DNA of 60,934 nucleotides, filler included, from Myxococcota bacterium (GTDB lineage Bacteria; Myxococcota_C; UBA6777): NCBI GenBank assembly GCA_023150835.1. It is 3 parts of 3 records of this genome, joined end to end, with 100 filler letters (N's around TTAATTAATTAA, not from the genome) between each part and the next. Parts side by side here need not be neighbours in the genome. Positions count along the whole stretch, not along the records: positions 30,957 to 50,013 come from JAKLKB010000132.1; positions 50,114 to 60,934 come from JAKLKB010000173.1; 1 more part is not named here. One strand, 5' to 3'. Shown piece by piece: positions 48,920 to 59,100 of this stretch (position 1 is its first letter; each line of letters starts with the position of its first letter). The notes under the pieces were generated by a model. It saw only the letters and a program-made list of their open reading frames with translations, ran no database searches and was not told where the DNA came from. The position numbers and the translations under genes were made by a program.

Positions 48920-49443
48920 GCAAACCTTATCGCATCCGCCTCCAAGAAACCGTCACCGTCGCCGATCACTCGACCTTTCACATCGATCCCGTCCCCCTTG
49001 TCACACAACAAGGCTTCGAGCAGATCATGCAGCAAACACTCCAAGAACTCGGATGGAAGGCCGATTCAGAAGGACGCCTCTCGATCGCCATCGACGACAA
49101 AGAAACATGGACCTATCTCCCCGACAAGATGCAGATCATCACTTCCGTCGAAACCCAACACCAGATCAACCAAAACATCGAGTCGTGGAGTCCCGACGTC
49201 CTCGAACTAGAGGCCGAACGCATCAAGCAAGAACGCGAGCGCGAACTCCAACAACAAACCACCAACGTCCTCGAAGCCGGCCAAGAAGAACGCCGCCGAC
49301 AATTCGAAACCATCGTCGCCGAGGCCACCGGACGCGCCATCAAACAAGCTGCCGAACGGCTCGGCGATATCCAAGAGATCAGCGAAAGTCGCGGTGAAAA
49401 GGGACAATACACCCTCTCGATCACCATCCACGAACGTGAGTAA
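48916..49443 (+). CDS. FtsH-ternary-system protein (fvmX5-like)
   Basis: MSKPYRIRLQET start and AIKQAAERLGDIQEISE...LSITI end; ATGA overlap with the vWA-like gene. Confidence 0.7.
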   Translation: MSKPYRIRLQETVTVADHSTFHIDPVPLVTQQGFEQIMQQTLQELGWKADSEGRLSIAIDDKETWTYLPDKMQIITSVETQHQINQNIESWSPDVLELEAERIKQERERELQQQTTNVLEAGQEERRRQFETIVAEATGRAIKQAAERLGDIQEISESRGEKGQYTLSITIHERE

Positions 49444-49536
49444 GTCGCGGGGCACAAGCGTACCGCCTACAGCACCCGCCGATGCGCCTCTCCATCACCC
49501 TCCACGAACGTGAGTCATACGATATCCGAGTGATAT

Positions 49537-49808
49537 GTGATCGTAAGATAGTACGTAGACGCCCGATTCTTGGGCAGCCACACCTGTCTGCCCCTACATC
49601 TTGCGTGATCGTAAGATAGCACGTAGACGCCCGATTTTTGGGCAGCCACACCTGTCTGCCCCTACATCTTGCGTGATCGTAAAATAGTACGTAGACGCCC
49701 GATTCTTGGGCAGCCACAGGGGGCTGCCCCTACATCTTGCGTGATCGTAAAATAGTACGTAGACGCCCGATTCTTGGGCAGCCACAGGGGGCTGCCCCTA
49801 CATCTTGC
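49537..49808. repeat. 4 x 68-bp tandem REP array (family A)
   Basis: GTGATCGTAA...GACGCCCGATT.TTGGGCAGCCAC.....CTGCCCCTACATCTTGC starting at 49537, 49605, 49673 and 49741. Confidence 0.92.
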
Positions 49809-49862
49809 GATCACACAACAATCAACTGAAACTTGTTGCAGCATAAGCTGTGGGACAGGTAT

Positions 49863-50013
49863 TTTGGCAATGTGAGATTGCGGTGGAGGCTGTGAGACAG
49901 CCTGTTTGGCAATGTGAGATTGCGGTGGAGGCTATGAGACAGCCTGTTTGGCAATGTGAGATTGCGGTGGAGGCTATGAGACAGCCTGTTTGGCAATGTG
50001 AGATTGCGGTGGA
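49863..50013. repeat. 42-bp tandem repeat at contig end
   Basis: TTTGGCAATGTGAGATTGCGGTGGAGGCT(G/A)TGAGACAGCCTG at 49863, 49905, 49947 and 49989 (truncated by the gap). Confidence 0.92.
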
Positions 50014-50113
50014 NNNNNNNNNNNNNNNNNNNNNNNNNNNNNNNNNNNNNNNNNNNNTTAATTAATTAANNNNNNNNNNNNNNNNNNNNNNNNNNNNNNN
50101 NNNNNNNNNNNNN
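50014..50113. other. Artificial contig linker (N44-TTAATTAATTAA-N44)
   Basis: Same all-frame stop linker as at 30857. Confidence 0.98.
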
Positions 50114-51447
50114 GATTGGAAAGGGCGTTGAAGTCGCTTCGAGAGGGGCTAGAGCAACAGAGAGTGGAACGGGCGTTGGAGCGGAAACGTCGGATGGTGA
50201 GGAGGTACATGGCGCGGGGGAAAAGAGAAGAAGGGCGGTCGTTGGGGAAAGCGCGCGAATGGTATGCGAAGGCGTGCAGCTTGGGAGAAGGTGGAGGGTG
50301 TGCGAAGGCTTGGGAGATGGGGCTGAAGTGGTGTAACCGTGCGGAATCGGAGCCGTCGAAGTGGGGCGATGTGGATGGATGGTACAAGTCGGCGTGCGAG
50401 AAGGGATATGCGGAAGGCTGCAAAGCGCGTGGTAAGGCATGGTTTGCGCGAGGAAAAGGGATGGCGGGGGAGGATCGAAAGCTTGCGTTGTATTGGCTGA
50501 AAATGGCGTGTGGGGTCGGGCATGCCGAAGCTTGTCAAATGCCTGAAGGCTTAAAAGCCTTGGAGAGAGGGAAAGCACTGGAGGGTCTTTCGTTATCGGA
50601 GGCGTTGGTGTGGTATAGCAAGGCATGCAGCTTGGGGCAGGAAGAGGGTTGTAACAGTTTGGAAAGGCTGCCGAAGACGTCAGGAGGAGCGCTTACGGTA
50701 AAGGGAGCGACATTCGCGATGCGCTGGATTCCAGCGGGTTCGTTCACGATGGGGAGTCCAGAGAATGAGCCGAATCGAAGTTCGTCAGAAGGGCCACAGC
50801 GGAGTGTCACGATCAGCAAAGGATTCTGGATGTTAGAGAGCGAAGTGACCCAAGGGCAGTACAAGGCATTGATGGGGTCGAATCCATCGCATTTCTCGTC
50901 GTGTGGTGACAACTGTCCTGTGGAAAAGGTGTCGTGGGATAATGCGCGAGTGTTTGCAAACAAGTTATCGGAAGCGCAAGGATTGGCGGCGTGTACAGCG
51001 ACGGACAAGGGGATCTTCGATTGCAAGGGGTGGCGACTGCCGACGGAAGCGGAGTGGGAATATGCAGCGCGGGCGGGAACAACGACGGCTTTTCATACAG
51101 GAGATTGCCTCTCGACGGATCAAGCGAACTACGATGGGAAGAACCCGCAGACTGGTTGCGAGAGGGGAGAGTATCGGGAGAAGACGATAGAGGTGTGTAG
51201 CTTGGCGCGGAACGCATGGGGACTGTGCGATATGCATGGGAATGTGGGGGAGTGGGTAATGGACGTGTACGAGGATTCCTATCGCGGGCTGTCTACGCGA
51301 GATCCACTGTGCTCTATCGGGCGTTCGCTCCGCGTGATTCGCGGCGGCAGTTGGTTCAGCGTCGGCAGGTTCGTGCGTTCGGCGGATCGCAGCTGGGACG
51401 GCTGGCGTAACAACCGTGTCGGCTTTCGTCTTCTCTGGTCCCCTTGA
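50114..51447 (+). CDS. 5'-truncated coiled-coil + Sel1-like repeats + FGE-sulfatase (C-type lectin fold) protein; putative DGR target
   Basis: WY.KAC..G...GC repeats; FTMGSP, EVTQGQY, PVEKVSW, RLPTEAEWEYAARAG, GLCDMHGNVGEW, RVIRGGSW, VGFRL. Confidence 0.9.
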
Positions 51448-51975
51448 CCGTCTCCCCTTTTACGGTTTGACCGTCTACGAAGAGTGCGTGGTAGGAAAGA
51501 GAGAAGTTGGGAGTGTAGGTGTTCCCAAGGAACGAAGGGTGGAGCGTCGCAAAGAGCCGCCCCCAAAAGGCGGCGAAGAAGACGCGAGAGCCTTCGTCTG
51601 GGACGTTGCGGCGTTGCGCAGGGAGAGGATGGTGGGATGTTGGGGATAGATGCCGTTGCAGAGGATGTGCAGAGAAATCAACCCATCGTGGGGGCGGGAG
51701 CAAAGCATCGCGAAAAAAATCTCTCGACAACGCGCAAAAGGTGCGGCAATCTAGGCGACGGTTTTCTGCATAGGAGTCATGCAGTTGAAAGGCGATGCGT
51801 AGAAAAATCAACCCGTTGTAGGGGTGGTTTGCGAAGCGCCCGCGCCGACAAGTCAGCCTGTTGTCGGGTCGGTTCGTGAATCGACCAAAGCGACATATCG
51901 GCTTATTTTGTATCGAACTGCGTAATACCTATCCACAATAGAACACACATTCCGCGTCCAAGTAGGGAGGAAACA

Positions 51976-52419
51976 GTGACCTTGAAGATGACCGAACAAA
52001 CCATTGATCTATCCGATCTGGAGTACCGCGATTATTCCGAAGAAGAAACCAAAGGCTTCCGCCGTGTGCGCAGCAATTTTAGTCGTTTGCTGCAACCTGT
52101 CTTGCAGAAATTGGAGGCGGATGCGTCGCTGTTGCCGAGTGTGGAAGTCTCTTATACCGAACTGGCAAAGAAGGCGCAGCACGTCGTTGACTTAGAAAAT
52201 GCGGAAGCATGGCTAACCGAAAAACTCGAACACATCTCCGAAACCCGCCGCGCCATCAACAGCGAACTCAAGCCTCATCTTGATCGCGTGACCGACTTGG
52301 CTCGTGCCTCCGCAAAGGTCAATCCCAAAGTGGCCGATCTCTTCGCAGAATTCTTCGACTACCTCGCTGAACCCACCCAAAAAGCTGCTGCGACCTTGGC
52401 CAACAACAAGAAGGGCTGA
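51976..52419 (+). CDS. Hypothetical alpha-helical protein
   Basis: 147-aa ORF with GGGAGG RBS, followed by a tandem-repeat tract. Confidence 0.7.
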   Translation: MTLKMTEQTIDLSDLEYRDYSEEETKGFRRVRSNFSRLLQPVLQKLEADASLLPSVEVSYTELAKKAQHVVDLENAEAWLTEKLEHISETRRAINSELKPHLDRVTDLARASAKVNPKVADLFAEFFDYLAEPTQKAAATLANNKKG

Positions 52420-52437
52420 CATGACAAAAGGGGGGAG

Positions 52438-52730
52438 GCTGTTTTGAGGAGGTGGATATGCTGTTTTCGAGAGGGGAGATGTTGTTTTGAGGAGATGGCA
52501 ATGCTGTTTTCGAGAGGGGAGATGTTGTTTTGAGGAGATGGCAATGCTGTTTTCGAGAGTGGAGATGTTGTTTTCGAGCGGGGAGATGTTGTTTTCGAGC
52601 GGGGAGATGTTGTTTTGAGGAGATGGCAATGCTGTTTTCGAGAGGTAGGGATGTTGTTTTCGAGAAGGGAGATGTTGTTTTCGAGAGGTAGGGATGTTGT
52701 TTTCGAGAGGGGAGATGTTGTTTTCAAGAG
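52438..52730. repeat. Degenerate 21-22-bp tandem repeat (~14 units)
   Basis: ATG(C/T)TGTTTTCGAGAGGGGAG and ATGTTGTTTTGAGGAGATGGCA unit variants. Confidence 0.9.
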
Positions 52731-52770
52731 ATTCCGCGAAAAATCAACCCGTTGTAGGGGCGGTTCGCGA

Positions 52771-52970
52771 ACCGCCCTCGACCAAACACCGCCCTCGACC
52801 AAACATCGCCCTCGACCAAACACCGCCCTCGACCAAACACCGCCCTCGGCCAAACACCGCCCTCGGCCAAACACCGCCCTCGGCCAAACACCGCCCTCGG
52901 CCAAACACCGCCCTCGGCCAAACACCGCCCTCGACCAAACACCACCCTCGACCAAACACCACCCTCGACC
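52771..52970. repeat. 17-bp tandem repeat (~12 units) starting at the REP arm of a family-B element
   Basis: ACCGCCCTCG(A/G)CCAAAC units begin at the ACCGCCC arm of GTAGGGGCGGTTCGCGAACCGCCC. Confidence 0.95.
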
Positions 52971-53129
52971 GAATACGGGCCTATTTCGTATCGAATTGCC
53001 GAATATCGGGTCACAGAGAAATTTTTCGATAAGTGAAAAGCAAAAGAGCGAGAAGTACCCTACAAAAAGGGAGAGGCGTACGAGGATGCCACGTTTTTGG
53101 GGGAAACTTTTCGTGTGAGGAGGTTTTCG

Positions 53130-56100
53130 ATGGGTTTTGCGCGATGGTTGCGAAGGGTCGGGAGTTTGGGTTGGTTGATTTGGACGGTGTGTTGGTTTTC
53201 GATGCAGGCGGAGGCAAAGACCTACAAGCTGTCTTTTGTGCCGGAGGGGGGGAAGACAGAGATCTCCCAAGAAGCCCATTTGTCGAATGTTGAGATGTTG
53301 TGGGAGGAAGATTCAAGGGAGATCTATCGGTGGTTTGCAGAGAAAGCGGAAGAACAAGGGCGGGGGTTCCCATTTGCGGCGAAGCTGAAAGACTGCGCGG
53401 AGGGGAAAAAAGAGAAGTGTCCTGCTCAAACCCCGTGGGTCAAGCTGACGTTGCTGTACGGCAGCCAAGAAGTGCGGGCACATTGGCCGATCCAGTCGAA
53501 GCAGAAGTTTTTCTTTGAGGCGATCTTCAAGCAGCATCCGAGATCGTGGGAGTTAGCGGGGGGGTTGTTGAAGTGGGTGCGGATGTATCCCCGTTCGGCA
53601 TTTCGTTTGTTGCAGGCGTTGGAGTCTTATGCGGATGTGCTGGGGGAGAAAAAGAGTTTGGGTTTTGCTTCTCTTGCGGCGAGCCAATTTGTGATCCACC
53701 GAACCGTAGCAGACGCAGGGGTGAAGTTTTACTACCTTTTGGAAGAGCATCTGCCGAAACTGCGACAAGAGCGGGGTGGGAAGGCTTCAACATTTGTATC
53801 GGCATTGTGGGATGAAGTGTATGTCAAGAGCCGCTTTGATGTGATGGAGTACCTCAAAGGGAATCGTGTGGGTCGAGGCTTTTCGGATCTTCTGCGTTTG
53901 TTGACGGCGGTTGCGGATGTTTGCGATAGAAAGCGCGGGACGACGTTTTCGTCTTGTCATGGGAGCAGTACGCTTTTGCATTTGCGGCGTTGGGTGTTGC
54001 GCTCTGCGTATCGTGCGGCTTATGAAAAACGGAACGAAGAGCTGCGGAAGAAATGGCTGGCGCATGCAGGGCATATTTTTGATCGTTCGGGTGGGATAGA
54101 TGATCGAGGGCAGAGTTTTACGCTGGATCAGCTATTGGACGAAAGCGATCCCAAGGAGCGTTTGGACGAGGTGTTGCGTGGGGAAGGGGTCAACGATGTC
54201 ACGGCGTATCGTCGGATGGTCTTGGAGGTGATAGGCCGTTTGAAGATCACTGATCCATACCAGAGACGGCGGGCGTATCGGCGACTCTTGCCGTTGGCGG
54301 GCCTGTCGTTTTTGCGAACAGAAGTTGGCTTGGCGTTGCGGGGCATCTTTGATCTCGGAGAGGCCAAGCAGCGAAAGGAAGTCTTTGAGATCCTGTGGGA
54401 AGAAGGACAAAGAGGCCGTCGAAGTGAGGGGTTTGTGTCGTGGTCGGACACCTTTTTTGCGAATCCCCAAGCCGGCTGGGTCGAAGCGTACAACGTACAC
54501 TTGAAGTTGTCGTCCGAGATACATCGGGAGTATCGCGCACTTCGACGGGCTTCTATCGAGGACATCAAGAAGGATGACAAGGCGTGGCGGATCTTGTTGG
54601 CAGCGGCGGCAGCAAGGCTCGAACAGGGAGATGATCTGCGTGATCCGTCGGTGTTGTCATGGAAAAAGCAGGCGGTGCTTTTGCAAGCCGCTTTAAAGCA
54701 TAGCTACCGCGAGAGTTGTATCCTTCAAAAGCCGAGTTGCAAGGGGGCACAGTTTCTTTTGGCAGGCCGATTGATCCGACGCCTGACATCATGGCGACGG
54801 GTTCCTTCGGACGATGGCATGGCAAGGAAAACAGAGATCCGACGGCAATTTTCGAATCTGACGCCGTTGTTCAAGAGCTTGTCGTTTGTGGATGAGCCTC
54901 TTTTGCGTCAGAATGTTTGGTTGTTGGTGCGGGTGCTTTCGCGTTGGTCGTTGTATCGAAGTGCGATACCGTTGGCGGAACGTGAAAGAGAGTGGCTTTC
55001 GGAGGTGGTCAAGGGATTCGATGATGCAAAGGTGCTTTTGGGGCAAGGCTTGAAAGACCCGCAGCATCGGGTGTGGGATCGCCTGCAATCTTTGTTTGAA
55101 TTGTCAGGGGTGATGGGGTTGATCGAGGGTTGTCAAGGGGACAAGTTGACAGCAAGCCTCGTGTCTTACAACAACCGATTGCAAGGGGAATTTCAGAAGC
55201 TGCAAGAGCAGCGGAGAGCCTTTTTTCCGAAGCGTGAAGGGCTGCTTTCTGCTTTGGCGCGGATGTTTGGGGACAAAGCACGGCATTGCAAGATGGATGG
55301 ATCGCTCGAAACCAAATTGGCATCGTTTCAAGCGCTGTTGGAACAGGCGGAGAACAAGGAGCGAGCGGCGGAGGATCTGTCGAAGCTGTATTTGAATCGT
55401 GCGCTGGGTGGGATCGGGCAAGCGCAAGCGCCCGCCTCCAACGAAGCGTTGAAGACGCTGTTTGGTGTGGACAAGATCACAGATGCCTACGCCAAAGAAA
55501 AAGAGTGGATCGTGTTGTGGGGGCGACTGAGTTTGCAAAAGGATCTGCCGTGTGGGGAGTTGGTGGACAGGCTCAATCAAGGGGAAGCGGCCAAGTGGAA
55601 GGTGTTTGAAGTGTTGCGGGAGGTGCTTTGGCTGCAAGCGCAAGGACTTTGCATCCATCGGCGGCGGCTGTTTTCGACGATTCTTCCGCGTTCGGAGCGT
55701 ACTGGGTCGTTGGGGCTGTTTTCGCAGGAAGAGATGAGCGCAGCGAAAGCGGCAATTCTGCGTATGATCGGGAATGCAGGTGTATCGCGGGGGTGGGTAC
55801 AGGACTTCGAGACTCTGGCTGGGCAGGCGCTCGAAGGGCAGAGGGATGTCAAGGATTTTTCGAGACGTTGGGGAGGGTTGCAAAGCCGTTTGTTTCGTTT
55901 GCTTAAGGAAAAAGAGGCAGAGTGGCCGACGGAAGATACACGTTTTTCGTTGCAGGGTGCTGTCTTGGCGTCATCATACCTAAGCCACCTTCATAGCACG
56001 GTACGCCTCGAACAACGGCAAAAAGAAGCGGATCGTTTGGGACTCTTAGCGGTTCCGTCGGTGCATCCGTTGCGTTATCTCAACGATAGCAAGGCCGAAG

Positions 56101-59100
56101 AGGATATCAAAAACCTCAAAGGGTTGGTTGCACAACGAAATCAGCAGATCCGCTACGATCTACAGGAGGTAGCGGACAACAAGGATGCGTTTTTCCGAAA
56201 GCGTGCGGATGAACGGCAACGGATCTACAACGCTTTGCAACGTGCGTATCTGGAGCTTGGCGAGATGCGCTTGGAAGCGCGGAAGCTAGGGTTGGAGTCC
56301 GAGATCTTTGCGATCCGCCACCAAGTCGTACAAAGCCTGAAGTCAGTTGCGGATCTTCATATCAGCGTAGCCAAGAAACACGAAGCCTTGGCGGTGTTGA
56401 AAAAAGAACGGTCGCGGCTGGAAGTGGAATTGCGTGGGGAAGGGGTGGATCTGGCTACGCTGGAGATCAAGATCAAAGCGCTCGAAGAGAGGTTGATCGA
56501 GAGCGAGATCCAAGGGCGCGACACAGAGGCCGAGATCGTCAAAGAGCAGGAGAAGCTTGCAAAGAAGAGCATCCGACTCAATCAACGCCGCTTAAAGCTG
56601 ATCGACAAAAAGATCAAGGCGATTCAAGACCGCAATAAGCTGATCGAACAGAAGCTTGCGGCATTTGGGGGAGTGTTTTCGGCGCTCGATCAAAAACAAG
56701 CGTTGTTGCAAGAGCAGATCAAAAAGCAAGGAGAGACAGAACAGCTTGTACGGGAGAAAGCCGTTCTTTTGGCGCAAAAGAAGCGCAAGATCCAAGAGCA
56801 GTTTGCGTTGCTAGAAGAGAAGAGTGGGCATCTGCATCGGAAGCTTGGGGTGCTACACGAACAGAAAAAGAAGATCCTCGAAAAGAATCAGAAAGTCGCC
56901 AAGTTGTGGCAGACGCGGATCAAAGAGACAGAACTGGCGTTGGCGACGTTGCAAACGGAGATCACTGCACGAAAAGCCGCCATCAAGATCTCGATGGATC
57001 TAAGCGCCGATATCATCAAAAAGACAGAAGAGAACATCAAAAAGGTTCAGGCAGCGAGAGCCGCACACGCAGCACAGATGGCGGCGCAGCGTCGTAGGAG
57101 CTTTTGGAGTCGTGTGGCAAGCATCGGCTTTCGGATCGTGGGGGCGGTGGTTGGGACGATTTGTTGTGGGAACCCGATGCTCGGCGTTCAGATCGGGGGC
57201 TTGGTCGGTGACTTTATCGCGAAGGGAGCGATCCAAGGCGACTGGGGAGGGGCATGGAGAGGATTGGGGGTCGGTGCAGCAACGATGTTGCTGACGCAGG
57301 GGATCGGAGATATTGGAGGAGTGGGGACGCAGTTGGCCAGTGGCATCAGCAACGTTGCGATCCGCGCTGGCGTGGAGCAGCTTGCGAATGTTGCGGTGTC
57401 GAGTTTGGTTCAGAACGCAATGAAAGGGTTGGAGACTGGGCAATTTGGGGATGTCTTGGAGAACACATTGAAGGATGTGGTGCAGGATCTTCCGGGAGTT
57501 GCGTTTCAAGTTGTGACGAAACTCGATCTGGGCCCGAATCTTGGGAAAGCCATGGAGGTTTTTAAGATCGCGCATGAACATGTACTGGCCGGGGATCTGA
57601 ACAACATCAAGAAGCTGGGTGATCCAGCGTTTTTGCAGTCGCGTGCGCTTGCTGTGGGAGAACACTTTGCGAAGAAAGCATTGAAAACCCATGCGCCGGG
57701 CTTGATGAAGGCGGTGCAGAAGTTTGAAGATCTTCAGTCCAAGTACAACTTGTTTCCGAAGGTTGAGGATGTATTGAAGGATGGCTTTACAGCGGTCGAA
57801 AGGCATCTGAAACAGCGCGTTCAAGAACTGCCCCAAGAGTTGTTTCAAAAGCACCTCCAACCAGAGATCGAGGGCTTTCTTCGTCGTCATACTCCCAAGG
57901 CGATCAAAGATATCGAAGTTTTGTTGCGCGACAAATTGGGGATCGCTCCCAAAGATCTGGTCGATGCGATCAAGAACCAAGACATCGATATCTTGAAGAA
58001 AAAATTTGAAGACAAGCTGCCAGCGATCCAAGAGGCTGTGGTTGGTGGGTTGAAGAAACATTTTGGCCGAGAGATCAAGCAGTTGGAAGGTCTGAAAGCG
58101 AACGTCGAGGGTTCCTTTGCGCGTGTGAAGTCGCAGGTCGAAGGGGCGGAGCAAGCGTTTCGCCACCGTCTCTCTCGAAGCCTTGATCAGATCCAATCGT
58201 TGGGTCAAAGCGCCCAAGACGATATGCAACGGATTCTCCGCAACGTTCAGCCAGAAAGCTTGATCAAAAAACTACGGAAAGACTTGATACGGAGCTTGCC
58301 GCAGATCTCCTCGGATCATCTCGAAGGGCTTCTTCAATACCAAGCGCAACGGTACGCGAATCTCGCGACTCGTTTTCATCAGCTTCGCTTGCACGACGAT
58401 TGGCGGGGAAAGGAAGAGTATCTGCGTTTTGTGCTGTTGGGGCGAAAAAAGGCCCAGAAGCTGTTGGCGCATCGGATCGTGGAGGCGCGACGAAACGCCG
58501 AACGGAAAGCCGAAGGGTTCCGGCAGAGAGCAGAGCGTTTGAAGGCACAAGCCGCGTTTCGGAAGATCCAAGCGAAAGCGAAAGCGGTGCAAGGGATCGC
58601 GCAGGAATACGCGCAGCGATTCCAGAATCATCGGGGGTTGAAGTGGGGAAGTGTGGTGGAAGAGATCAAGCAGAAGTTGGGCCGCGTGATCACCGATCCA
58701 GCAGAGCTGATGCAGGAGACCAAGATCCTCGAAGCTCAGCTGGATCCTGCCAAGATGACGCGGATCGTCTCCAAGAAACTCAAACCGCTTCAGCAATTAT
58801 TCAAAACGGGTGGCGAGCGAACGAGTGCAGCCTGTCAACACGGCTTTGATCCATGCGAAAGGGCGCTCGATGCGTACAAAACAAACGTCCACAAACAAGC
58901 ACTCCAGTTTCAAGCGCAGATCGAAGCTGAGTTGGACGGCAAAAGCAAAGACCTCCACAACACACAAGTCAAAAAGTACAAACAGGAGATCGGGAAAGAG
59001 ATCGACAAGTTGGGAGGAGAGATCCGCGTCCAAGAGAACCAGATCAAGAAGCATGGAACCTTGGCGGATGTCACGCAGATCAAGATCGATGAAAAGAAGA

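Noticed and set aside
49537..50013. CRISPR arrays
   Set aside because: Units are contiguous tandem copies without unique spacers; the 68-bp unit contains a REP hairpin.
52213..53279. Repetitive ORFs across the 21-bp and 17-bp arrays
   Set aside because: Unit lengths do not preserve frame; shadow ORFs of non-coding repeats.
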